Below, in pieces: positions 28,685 to 37,237 of a stretch of DNA of 64,000 nucleotides. Location: positions 13,586 through 77,585 of the forward strand of contig JAZTYV010000027.1 in assembly GCA_045637145.1 (NCBI GenBank), read 5' to 3'. Each line of letters begins with the position of its first letter. Within the stretch, counting starts at the first letter, position 1. Made by a program: the position numbers and the translations under genes. Origin of the DNA: Clostridia bacterium. Lineage in GTDB: Bacteria > Bacillota > Clostridia > UMGS1810. The notes under the pieces were generated by a model. That model searched no databases. It was not told the origin of the DNA and saw nothing but the letters and a program-made list of their open reading frames with translations.

Positions 28685-29710
28685 ATGAAAGCAGCAGTAT
28701 GGGATGCTATCAATCATGTAAGCATAATGGATAAACCCATGCCCATAGCAGACGAAGGGCATGTGGTAGTTAAAGTTAAAGCCGTTGGCATTTGCGCCAC
28801 CGATATACATATGATTACAGGCAAAGTTGCCCTGGCAACTCCTCCTGCGGTTCTCGGACATGAAATCGCAGGAGAAATCGAAGAAATCGGAAGCGGAGTT
28901 CAAGGCTGGAAAAAAGGCGACAGAGTGGTAATCGACACCATCATTTCCTGCGGAAGATGCCTTGCTTGCAAAAGCGGACGCAAAGAGCTCTGCAGCGAAA
29001 GAAACGAAATAGGCTACACCCCCTACGATGGCGGCTATGCCGAGTATGTACGGGTTCCCGCACAGTGTCTTGTGCATCTGCCCGACAGTATACCGTTTAA
29101 GGAAGCGGCAATCATGGAGAGCGTTGCCTGCCCGTTTGGTGCAGTGCTGAGGATAGGTGTAAAGCTTGGAAGCACAGTTCTTGTGCAGGGCGGCGGTCCT
29201 GCCGGTATTGCATTTATACAGGCGGCAAAATTAAGCGGTGCCAAAAAGGTCATTGCATCGGTAAGAGGCAAGGAAAGAATGGAATATGCAAGGCATTTTG
29301 GTGCCGATGAAGTAATCGATGCCAAAAACGAAAATGTCCTCGAGCGTGTAATGGAGCTTACAAACGGTAAAGGGTGCGATTATGTAATGGATGCCGCAGG
29401 AGCAGTAGAGAGCATTGCGCTTTGCTTTGATGCCTGCAAAAACGGCGGAGACATTTTATACTACGGTATACCTGATGCTAAGGCAAAAATAGAATTTCCG
29501 TTCATGAAGATGATGATGAAACAGCTTCGTGTTCACGGACTTTTAGAATACTGCGCAGGCTGGGATGTTTTGGTATCTCTTGTCGAAAACGGCAGAATAA
29601 ACTTAAAGGATATGGTAACACATACGTTTAAGCTTGAAGATATGCCTAAGGCATTGGATATGTTCAATTCTTCCGACCACAGTCATATAAAAATGGTCAT
29701 AGAAAATTAA
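28685..29710 (+). CDS. Zinc-dependent medium-chain dehydrogenase (sorbitol/threonine dehydrogenase-like)
   Basis: It has GICATDIHM, GHEIAGEI, a structural-zinc Cys cluster (CGRCLACKSGRKELC) and a Rossmann motif (LVQGGGPAGIAF). Confidence 0.85.
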   Translation: MKAAVWDAINHVSIMDKPMPIADEGHVVVKVKAVGICATDIHMITGKVALATPPAVLGHEIAGEIEEIGSGVQGWKKGDRVVIDTIISCGRCLACKSGRKELCSERNEIGYTPYDGGYAEYVRVPAQCLVHLPDSIPFKEAAIMESVACPFGAVLRIGVKLGSTVLVQGGGPAGIAFIQAAKLSGAKKVIASVRGKERMEYARHFGADEVIDAKNENVLERVMELTNGKGCDYVMDAAGAVESIALCFDACKNGGDILYYGIPDAKAKIEFPFMKMMMKQLRVHGLLEYCAGWDVLVSLVENGRINLKDMVTHTFKLEDMPKALDMFNSSDHSHIKMVIEN

Positions 29711-29721
29711 ACACAAATATA

Positions 29722-29757
29722 AACGGAGCAGTGATTAAATTCACTGCTCCGTTTTGC
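29722..29757 (+). terminator. Rho-independent terminator after the dehydrogenase gene
   Basis: AACGGAGCAGTGA (29722-29734) pairs with TCACTGCTCCGTT (29741-29753), followed by TTTG. Confidence 0.7.
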
Positions 29758-29834
29758 TGTAAAAACAATCCGTATTTCGTTTTAAAATATTTAACATCAA
29801 TGTGTGTCCGTATTTTTTATACTTCATAGCAAGA

Positions 29835-29866
29835 TTGTTTCTCATTTCCCGGGAAATGAGAGACAA
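29835..29866 (-). terminator. Stem-loop just downstream of the minus-strand regulator gene
   Basis: This is a near-perfect 32-nt palindrome, TTGTTTCTCATTTCCC/GGGAAATGAGAGACAA, with one mismatch. There is no clear U-tract on the minus strand. Confidence 0.4.
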
Positions 29867-29871
29867 TTAAA

Positions 29872-32085
29872 TCAATCGTTTTTCTTTTTCATATATGCAC
29901 TTGGTGTAACATTATATTTTTTTGTAAATGCTCTTGTAAATGTTTCGCTTGTGTAGCCAACTCTTTTTGCCACATCATTCAGCTTTACATACGGGTCGGA
30001 ACTCATAAATTCTATGGCTTTGGCAAGGCGTACATTTGTAAGGTAATCCTTAAAGTTTTCACCTGTAATCTGCTTAAATATTCTGCTTGCATACGATTGC
30101 GACATATTGAGGTATTCTGCCAGTGTATATAGCGATATATCCTCGTTGTAATGCCTGTTAACATACGAAAGTATGTATTCGGAAGAATCCGTTATTGTGT
30201 CCTTTTGCATAGCCTCAATATTGCTCATAAGTGTATCAAATATGCTTGTCAGTGTGTGTGCAAAGCTCTCAGGATTGGCAGAGTTCATAAGCTCAAGGTA
30301 TACACTCATGGGGGCGAATACCTCTTTCTCGGTCTTGTTTATTCTAAATAGTATTTTAATAACCGTAGAATATATCATTGTAACAAAGTGCGAGAAATAT
30401 TCGTGATGAAGATATGCGTTGTTAAAGTTTAGGTCAATTATATTTTTAAGGCACATATACACCATACTCTTGTTGTTTTGAAAGACATAGTCTATAAGCT
30501 CTGTTTCCTGCTCTGTGGTATATGCGGGAGATTCAAATCGTCTGTCTTCTTTTTTAGTTATTACAATGCTCTCTTCCGATATAATTCTGCTTTTGTTTTT
30601 AAGTCCCAGAGCCTCCGCATATGATGCGGGAATGTCATACCAGCTGTCCGCTTTTTTGCCCATAAAAACAACTATATTTATGTCAAGCACAGCCTCAATG
30701 TTAAGCACACATTTTCTTAGCTGATTTTCAAGCCATTCATATTTTTGCGGGCATATTATTGCACAAAAGCTTTCCTGGTCGATGTCTGTTATCTCTGTAA
30801 ATTTTGCTTTTTCAAAATACTTTTCAAAACATTCCTTTATTGCATCGCGCACTTCTGCAAGTCCGTCAATGGTAAGGATGGATTTTAGCTCGTCAAAGTT
30901 TTTGTAGCATATTATGCATGCCGCACCCGGAAATTCAACCTCTTCAAGATTATGATTTACAAGCTCGCACTTTATTTGCTCGCGTGTAAGGGTAGAGGCA
31001 GTAAGCTGATTTAAAAATCTGTCTCTCAGCTGTATCTGATTTTTTGATATTATTTCCGACATTGCATTTTTCTGAGATTCAAGCGAATTAAACAGCTTGC
31101 TTACAGCTTCAAATTCGTCATCTGCACCGGAATTTTTGGGAAGTGTCGAAAGTATTTTTTTAATTGGTCTGTATAGCTGGAGCGCTTTTTTCTTGATATA
31201 CAAATGCCCCGCAAAAGCCAATGCCACTACAAATAGCAGTAAGAACACAAAAAAGTTGTTTATGTGCATAAAGTACGAAACTGCAGACACATAAACTGTG
31301 CAGTCAATATTTCCCCAAAACATATTTTTCAAAGCTTGTGATGTCAATGTTATGTATCCGCGGTGCTTTTTAGTGTCACCAAATTCCACATTGTCTTCTT
31401 TGTTGGAATAATAGGAAATATCCAGATTATCCTTTCCGACCTTTAGGTTTACAATATGCGGCACACTTTCGTTTGGCATTCCGTCAAAGAAATCCTTTAC
31501 ATCGCTGCTCACCAGAAATATCATTGGACTTCCGCTTTCGGAGTGCTTTATACTAACAGAAACAAGCTTGTCCGAAAGTATGTCCTTGCCGTTGCTTTCG
31601 GAACAAATTATTTCCATGTAATTGTTTGCATTGGATTGCTTTTTTGCCTTCAGTGCAAGCGCCCCGCTGTCTATACCGCATATTTCTTCTGCGTATTCGG
31701 CAGACATGGTACCTGTGGAGCTTACTGCAATGTTTTTTTGGAGATTTACAAGTACCACAGTGGAATTATGCATACCCGAAACTTTTGTACTCGAAATAAT
31801 GCCCATAATCTCTGTAATTTTTGTAAGGTTGTATTCTCCCGAGTCAAAGAAATCCACAATCTTTTTGTTTGCACTAAGACCCGATGTTATATGTGAGGTG
31901 TTCAAAAGATAGCTTTCAACATTGTTTGTAATTTGCGATATATATTTTTCTTCCGTTCTTTTGTTGTCGGTATGTACATATATAAGACATAGCGAATATG
32001 CCGCTAAAGTAAATATAATTACATATACGGTGTACAGTCGCATAAGTCTGCTCGACAGAAAGCTGTAATAGTTTTTTATCTTCAT
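29872..32085 (-). CDS. Membrane-spanning AraC-family one-component sensor-regulator
   Basis: This is a 737-aa protein. TM1 is LYTVYVIIFTLAAYSLCLIYV, followed by a roughly 250-aa loop, then TM2 (FFVFLLLFVVALAFAGHLYI). A long cytoplasmic region ends in an AraC HTH pair (LYTLAEYLNMSQSYASRIFKQITG, LNDVAKRVGYTSETFTRAFTKKY). Confidence 0.8.
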   Translation of the reverse strand: MKIKNYYSFLSSRLMRLYTVYVIIFTLAAYSLCLIYVHTDNKRTEEKYISQITNNVESYLLNTSHITSGLSANKKIVDFFDSGEYNLTKITEIMGIISSTKVSGMHNSTVVLVNLQKNIAVSSTGTMSAEYAEEICGIDSGALALKAKKQSNANNYMEIICSESNGKDILSDKLVSVSIKHSESGSPMIFLVSSDVKDFFDGMPNESVPHIVNLKVGKDNLDISYYSNKEDNVEFGDTKKHRGYITLTSQALKNMFWGNIDCTVYVSAVSYFMHINNFFVFLLLFVVALAFAGHLYIKKKALQLYRPIKKILSTLPKNSGADDEFEAVSKLFNSLESQKNAMSEIISKNQIQLRDRFLNQLTASTLTREQIKCELVNHNLEEVEFPGAACIICYKNFDELKSILTIDGLAEVRDAIKECFEKYFEKAKFTEITDIDQESFCAIICPQKYEWLENQLRKCVLNIEAVLDINIVVFMGKKADSWYDIPASYAEALGLKNKSRIISEESIVITKKEDRRFESPAYTTEQETELIDYVFQNNKSMVYMCLKNIIDLNFNNAYLHHEYFSHFVTMIYSTVIKILFRINKTEKEVFAPMSVYLELMNSANPESFAHTLTSIFDTLMSNIEAMQKDTITDSSEYILSYVNRHYNEDISLYTLAEYLNMSQSYASRIFKQITGENFKDYLTNVRLAKAIEFMSSDPYVKLNDVAKRVGYTSETFTRAFTKKYNVTPSAYMKKKND

Positions 32086-32186
32086 AGTATATATGCTCTC
32101 CTTGTAAATATAAATCCGTTGTTGTCACCATACATTAAGATGTTATCACAAAATGTTTATTTAGTCAATAAGTAAAAAAAACAAGG

Positions 32187-32235
32187 TTTTTTACAAAAAA
32201 AGTCTGTTTCTGTTTTCACATATATTTGGTACAAT
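32187..32235 (+). promoter_or_regulatory. 22-nt conserved box plus extended -10 promoter (beta-helix/BNR operon)
   Basis: The box is TTTTTTACAAAAAAAGTCTGTT (32187-32208). The extended -10 element is TGgTACAAT (32227-35). The -35 hexamer is poor (TTTCTG), as expected for an activator-dependent promoter. The same box occurs at 35220 with identical spacing to its -10. Confidence 0.45.
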
Positions 32236-32272
32236 GTACATAGAGTAAATTATAATGGAAAGGAAGAGTTTT

Positions 32273-33820
32273 ATGAAAAAGATTTACGCAAGTAGCGTAG
32301 TAACTCTCGACAGTAATGTTATTACCGGAGGAGGCACCGACGTTACCGATGAACTTCAGGCAATTTTAGATTTGGCACCCGAGTGCGGAGGAGTTCATTT
32401 GGTTTTGGACGGTGCGGCGCTTGTACGAGGCCTCAAGCTTCATTCCAATACCACAATCGAATGTCCAAACCGTGATTGCGGTTTGTTTATGGTAGACCAT
32501 ACCAATAGACCTCTTTTATCAAACTACAACTGGAGCTTTTATTCCCTTAACAGTCGCAATATCACCATAAAGGGAGGCACCTTCAATCACAACTGTGCAA
32601 CTCAGGCATGGTTTGTTGACCCCGCAGAGCATCCCTGGCCCGATGATTTTGACCCCATGGAAGGTATCGAAGAAATCGAAAGACACTTTGTGTTCCTTTT
32701 TGAATTCTACGGTGTTGAAAACTTCTATGTAGACGGCGTTAAGTTTTTAAATCAGCGCGGTTATACTTTGTGCCTTGGAAACTTTTTAAATGCCCGCGTG
32801 GAAAATTCCGAGATAGAAGTAAATATACATATGATTCCGTCAAATCAGGACGGCTTCCACATCTTCGGACCCGGCAAGTTCCTTGTTATGAAGAATTTAA
32901 AAGGCTGCACAGGCGATGACTTTATGAACATCACACCGGACGAGCTTGACGGCAAGTCCTCAATTACAGATGTCCTTGTAGACGGAGTATTCCTGGACGA
33001 TACATATCAGGGTATTCGCGTTCTTTCCAAAAAGAACGGAAGACTCGACAGAATTTCCTTTAAGAATATCACAGGAAGAACCAGAACATACGGATTTAGT
33101 ATTATACCGTTCTATCCCGGCGAAAACTTCGGAAATGTAGGCGATATTTATTTTGAAAATATAGACATTCGCCAGATACCGCAGACATACAACTACACAC
33201 CGCTTACATTTATGCAGCTTGGCGGTAACTTTGAAAATGTCACAATGAAAAATGTGCGTTTCCACAACCCCGTTCGTAAAAATGTTGTATTCGACATAGG
33301 CAGACCCTTCCACTATGTTCCCGAAGAGTTTACCGAAGAGGAAGCGCGCGAACTAGACAAGAAAATGAAAGAAAATGCAGGCGATGCACAAAGCACCCAG
33401 ATGTACGAAGACGGCTGGATGCCCGAAAATGGTTTAAGACCCCGCATCAAGAACTTTATGATAGACGGTCTTACTGTAGTAACTGACTCCGTTGCAGATG
33501 ATATGGACATATTCCACTTAAGATACAACATAGACAATTTCACTGCAAAAAATATTCAGGTGTTCCGTTCTGATGATTCAAAAGCAAGCGGCAATCTTAT
33601 TAAGCTTTCCGATGAAGCAAAAATCAAGAATATGATAATAGAAGATGTCTTTGCCGAAAAGATAGGCTCTGTACTTTCGGGAACCGATGAACATAGCATA
33701 TCCACAGTAAAGGCAGACAACATTGTTCTTGTAGACGGCGGAACTGTATTTGATATAAATGATGTAAACATAAAAAGAAAGCTCATCTCGGGCGTAAACG
33801 AACTGGAGGATATTAAATGA
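32273..33820 (+). CDS. Right-handed parallel beta-helix (pectate-lyase-fold) protein, cytoplasmic; possible glycosidase
   Basis: The N-terminal GGGTDVTDELQAILD resembles the pectate-lyase-superfamily N-cap. Many beta-helix rungs follow (ITIKGGTFNHN, FYVDGVKFLNQRG, VLVDGVFLDD, ISFKNITGRT, IYFENIDIRQ, VTMKNVRFHN, FMIDGLTVV, FTAKNIQVF). There is no signal peptide. The ATG at 32273 lies 6 nt after AGGAAG, and the ORF-track ATG at 32255 is the alternative. Confidence 0.6.
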   Translation: MKKIYASSVVTLDSNVITGGGTDVTDELQAILDLAPECGGVHLVLDGAALVRGLKLHSNTTIECPNRDCGLFMVDHTNRPLLSNYNWSFYSLNSRNITIKGGTFNHNCATQAWFVDPAEHPWPDDFDPMEGIEEIERHFVFLFEFYGVENFYVDGVKFLNQRGYTLCLGNFLNARVENSEIEVNIHMIPSNQDGFHIFGPGKFLVMKNLKGCTGDDFMNITPDELDGKSSITDVLVDGVFLDDTYQGIRVLSKKNGRLDRISFKNITGRTRTYGFSIIPFYPGENFGNVGDIYFENIDIRQIPQTYNYTPLTFMQLGGNFENVTMKNVRFHNPVRKNVVFDIGRPFHYVPEEFTEEEARELDKKMKENAGDAQSTQMYEDGWMPENGLRPRIKNFMIDGLTVVTDSVADDMDIFHLRYNIDNFTAKNIQVFRSDDSKASGNLIKLSDEAKIKNMIIEDVFAEKIGSVLSGTDEHSISTVKADNIVLVDGGTVFDINDVNIKRKLISGVNELEDIK

Positions 33821-35121
33821 GCGTAGAAGTTAAAATTTCCGAGCCAAAGCTTGTTTACTGCGCACCCGTAAACGAAGCCACTTCAAAGTGGGGAGTGTAT
33901 TGTATTCCCAGGATGTGGCGTTTGCCCACAGGCGAGCTTGTGGTTCGATTTAACGGTGAAGAGGACTCGTGTCTTGTACAGGAAATGCAAAAGGCCCCCA
34001 ATATGTTCTTTATTTCGCACGATGACGGCGAGAGCTGGCAGGAGGTTGCCGAAAGCGAAAGACTGTACGATTACAACACAGTCCTTGGCATCGACTCACC
34101 ATACATCAAACTCCGCAACGGAAAGTGGATTTGGATTAGAGAAAAGGACAACCGTAAGCCAATAGGAGACGGTGTAAAGCACTTCAAGGAATTCAAGCTT
34201 CCCGATGGCGAGGCAATAGTCTATGACTATTACTACGGCGATATACCCGATGAATGTAAAGGACTTGAGCTTCTCGAATATGACCCTGAAACAGGCAAGA
34301 CAACATGCACAGAGGCAATCCTCGACTTCCCCGAAAGAGAAGTACTTGTAAATGCTCTTGCTCCCGATGAAAGCGGTGAGTATGTACCTGTACCTAAGCT
34401 CATAAGACCGTACATATTTAAAAACCCGTACATTTCTTCTATCAAGGAGTTAGATGACGGCACGCTTGTAGCAACAGCATGCGGACAGCACCCCGATGTT
34501 TCTGATGACAACTGCGGTATTGTGTACCTTGTTGCATCCGAAGATGGCGGACGCACCTGGAAAAAGCGCGGTGTAATTGCCGAAGATACGCACAAGTACC
34601 CATATGGCTATGCAGGAGACGGCTACGAAAACACTCTTACCGTTGCTTCCAACGGCGACCTGCTTTGTGTAATGCGTATGGATATGACAGTAAACCTCTT
34701 GTACGACAGACCAATGTGTGACACTATGCTTGCCATATCCAAAGACAACGGCTACACATGGGGCGAACCCTTTTCCGTATCCGATTGCAGTATAACTCCT
34801 CACATAGAAGCACTAAAGGATGACATCGTGTTCTTTACATACGGAAGACCGGGAGTTCACTTTAAGTATTCCGAAGACAATGGTGCCACATGGAGCAATT
34901 CTTTAAGCATCATAGGCAAAACACTCGAAGAGGAGCGTGCAGCCGGCAGAAATGATTTGGATAGCAAATACACAGACACCCCAAGCTACAGCAACAGCTT
35001 TGTAGAAAGGATTTCCGATGACAGTGTTTTGGTTCTCTACACAAACCTAAAGTACGACAATGGAGACGGTATTTGCCATAAGGCAGGCCTTGTAAAGAAA
35101 ATTACAATAAGCAAAAAATAA
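33817..35121 (+). CDS. BNR-repeat (sialidase-fold) beta-propeller protein, no signal peptide
   Basis: It has four Asp-boxes: SHDDGESW, SEDGGRTW, SKDNGYTW, SEDNGATW. The N-terminus MSVEVKISEPKLVYCAP is not a leader. Its start overlaps the upstream stop (ATGA). Confidence 0.75.
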   Translation: MSVEVKISEPKLVYCAPVNEATSKWGVYCIPRMWRLPTGELVVRFNGEEDSCLVQEMQKAPNMFFISHDDGESWQEVAESERLYDYNTVLGIDSPYIKLRNGKWIWIREKDNRKPIGDGVKHFKEFKLPDGEAIVYDYYYGDIPDECKGLELLEYDPETGKTTCTEAILDFPEREVLVNALAPDESGEYVPVPKLIRPYIFKNPYISSIKELDDGTLVATACGQHPDVSDDNCGIVYLVASEDGGRTWKKRGVIAEDTHKYPYGYAGDGYENTLTVASNGDLLCVMRMDMTVNLLYDRPMCDTMLAISKDNGYTWGEPFSVSDCSITPHIEALKDDIVFFTYGRPGVHFKYSEDNGATWSNSLSIIGKTLEEERAAGRNDLDSKYTDTPSYSNSFVERISDDSVLVLYTNLKYDNGDGICHKAGLVKKITISKK

Positions 35122-35219
35122 TCAAACTTTTATGATAAAACATTTTTTGTTTGTTTTCAAAAAAATGTGTATAAAGCAGTAATACCGCATTTAGAGGAGA
35201 AAAAGTAAAATATAATCTG

Positions 35220-35268
35220 TTTTTTACAAAAAATGTCGGTTGAAGAAAAATTACAAAAATGTTAAAAT
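35220..35268 (+). promoter_or_regulatory. Second copy of the 22-nt box plus promoter (ABC importer operon)
   Basis: The box is TTTTTTACAAAAAATGTCGGTT (35220-35241). The promoter reads TTGAAG (35240-45), a 17-nt spacer, then TGtTAAAAT (35260-68). The distance from box start to -10 start is 43 nt, the same as at 32187. Confidence 0.5.
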
Positions 35269-35305
35269 ACTCTTATGACTATTTATATAAAAACGACAAA
35301 AGGAG

Positions 35306-36268
35306 ATGAAGTTGGCAGTGAAATCAAATATCACACCAAAACTTAATCCGAATCCGAAATCCCGCTCAAGATTTTGGACGGATGTATTGAGGGACTATCA
35401 GTTATACATCATGATACTCCCCGTAGTCATTTATTACATAATGTTCCACTATGTGCCGCTGTATGGCTTGCAGATTGCGTGGAAGGATTATCGTCCGTTT
35501 TTGGGCGTACTAAAGAGTGAGTGGGTCGGCTGGACACACTTTATCAACTTTTTCCAGAGCCCATATGCATGGCGTGTAATCCGCAACTCATTGGTTATCA
35601 ATATTTACGACCTGGCAATCAACTTTGTACTCCAAATTGTTTTTGCCATCATCTTAAACGAGCTTACAAGCAGAAAGTTTAGAACAGTTGCACAGACCAT
35701 TATGTATATGCCGTACTTCGTTTCATCGGTCGTTGTGGCAGGTCTTGTTATTACAATGCTTTCTCCCTCGTCAGGTATCATCAACACAGTTATAGCTGCA
35801 CTTGGCGGCGAAAAGAAGTATTTCCTTGCTGACCCCGACTGGTTCAGACTCATATTCACTCTTATGGGAACTTGGATAGCCACAGGCTTCAACACAATTG
35901 TTTACACCTCGGCAATCTGCTCCATAGACGAAAGTCTCTATGAGGCAGCATCCATAGACGGTGCAGGCCGCTTCCAGAAGATTTGGCACATCACTCTCCC
36001 CGGCATCAAGAGTACCATAGCAATTATGCTTATCTTAAAGATGGGTCAGATGTTAACTGTAGGAGCAGATACAGTTCTCTTGCTTTATCAGCCTGCTACA
36101 TACGAAACTGCCGATGTTATTTCTACATTCGTATACCGTTACGGACTTGAAATGGGCGATTATTCATATGCTACAGCGGTTGGACTTTTCAACGGACTTA
36201 TTGCTTTGGTGCTTGTTTCCATATCAAACAAAATATCTGCAAAAGTCAGCGAATCATCAGTATGGTAA
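35306..36268 (+). CDS. Carbohydrate ABC transporter permease (LplB/MalF-like)
   Basis: It has six TM segments and an EAA loop (EAASIDGAGRFQKIWHITLPGIK). The ATG is only 1 nt from AAAGGAG, so the in-frame TTG at 35312 may be the real start. Confidence 0.9.
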   Translation: MKLAVKSNITPKLNPNPKSRSRFWTDVLRDYQLYIMILPVVIYYIMFHYVPLYGLQIAWKDYRPFLGVLKSEWVGWTHFINFFQSPYAWRVIRNSLVINIYDLAINFVLQIVFAIILNELTSRKFRTVAQTIMYMPYFVSSVVVAGLVITMLSPSSGIINTVIAALGGEKKYFLADPDWFRLIFTLMGTWIATGFNTIVYTSAICSIDESLYEAASIDGAGRFQKIWHITLPGIKSTIAIMLILKMGQMLTVGADTVLLLYQPATYETADVISTFVYRYGLEMGDYSYATAVGLFNGLIALVLVSISNKISAKVSESSVW

Positions 36269-36283
36269 AGGAGGCGTATTACA

Positions 36284-37162
36284 ATGAAGATTAAAAAATC
36301 ATTTGGTGAACATGTATTTGACATTTCACTCTATCTCATAACTCTTATAGCAATGTTCCTTTGCCTCTATCCGCTCTGGTATGTTTTGGTGGCATCGTTT
36401 TCCAACGGTAAACTTGTAGCACAGGGTGAGGTTACTTTCTGGATTAAGGACTTCAACTTCGATGCATACAAAAAGGCTTTTGCAACACCGTATATCGGTT
36501 CGTCATACCTCATGACACTTTACTATTCTGTTTTCGGTGTTATCTTAAGCATGGGTCTTACAATGCTTGGTGCGTATCCGCTTTCCAAAAAGCGTCTTCG
36601 CGGCAGAAAGTTCTTCAACATCATGATAACTGTTACAATGTGGTTTGCAGCAGGTCTTTTGCCTACATACATCACATTCAGAACATATGGCCTTTTAGAC
36701 ACAACCCTTGGTGTTCTTCTTCATGGTGCCATATCGCCTTTCTACCTTATTATAATGCGTAATGGATTTGAGGGCGTTCCCGATGCTCTCGAAGAGTCAA
36801 TGCGATTGGACGGTGCCTCAGATATTCAGATTTTCTGGCATGTATACATACCGCTTAGTATTCCGACAATTATGACTCTTACACTTTACTACTTTGTTGC
36901 CAGATGGAACACATACTTCTGGCCTATGGTTATCTTAACAGACGAAAGATTGGTTCCGCTTCAGGTTATATTAAAGAAGCTTGTCGTAGATATGAATGTA
37001 TCTGCCGAAAACCTTGCAACCAGAGATGTGGCATCCACAATCTCTCAGGAAACAATGGTATTTTCTACCATCATCATAGCAGTTGTTCCTATGCTTATTC
37101 TTTATCCGTTCATACAGAGGTTCTTTGTTAAGGGTATTACAGTAGGTGCTGTAAAGGGTTAA
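36284..37162 (+). CDS. Carbohydrate ABC transporter permease (LplC/MalG-like)
   Basis: This is a polytopic membrane protein with an EAA loop (ESMRLDGASDIQIFWHVYIPLSIP). Confidence 0.9.
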   Translation: MKIKKSFGEHVFDISLYLITLIAMFLCLYPLWYVLVASFSNGKLVAQGEVTFWIKDFNFDAYKKAFATPYIGSSYLMTLYYSVFGVILSMGLTMLGAYPLSKKRLRGRKFFNIMITVTMWFAAGLLPTYITFRTYGLLDTTLGVLLHGAISPFYLIIMRNGFEGVPDALEESMRLDGASDIQIFWHVYIPLSIPTIMTLTLYYFVARWNTYFWPMVILTDERLVPLQVILKKLVVDMNVSAENLATRDVASTISQETMVFSTIIIAVVPMLILYPFIQRFFVKGITVGAVKG

Positions 37163-37199
37163 TTTTGCATATACAACAAAACAGTCCGTGTTTGGTAAC

Positions 37200-37237
37200 T
37201 AATCTGTTACAGCATCCGTATATGCTGTAACAGATTA
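37200..37237. repeat. Perfect 16-bp inverted repeat (stem-loop) between permease and binding-protein genes
   Basis: TAATCTGTTACAGCAT (37200-37215), loop CCGTAT, then ATGCTGTAACAGATTA (37222-37237). No T-run follows. It is the first of five stem-loops in 37200-37375. Confidence 0.85.
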
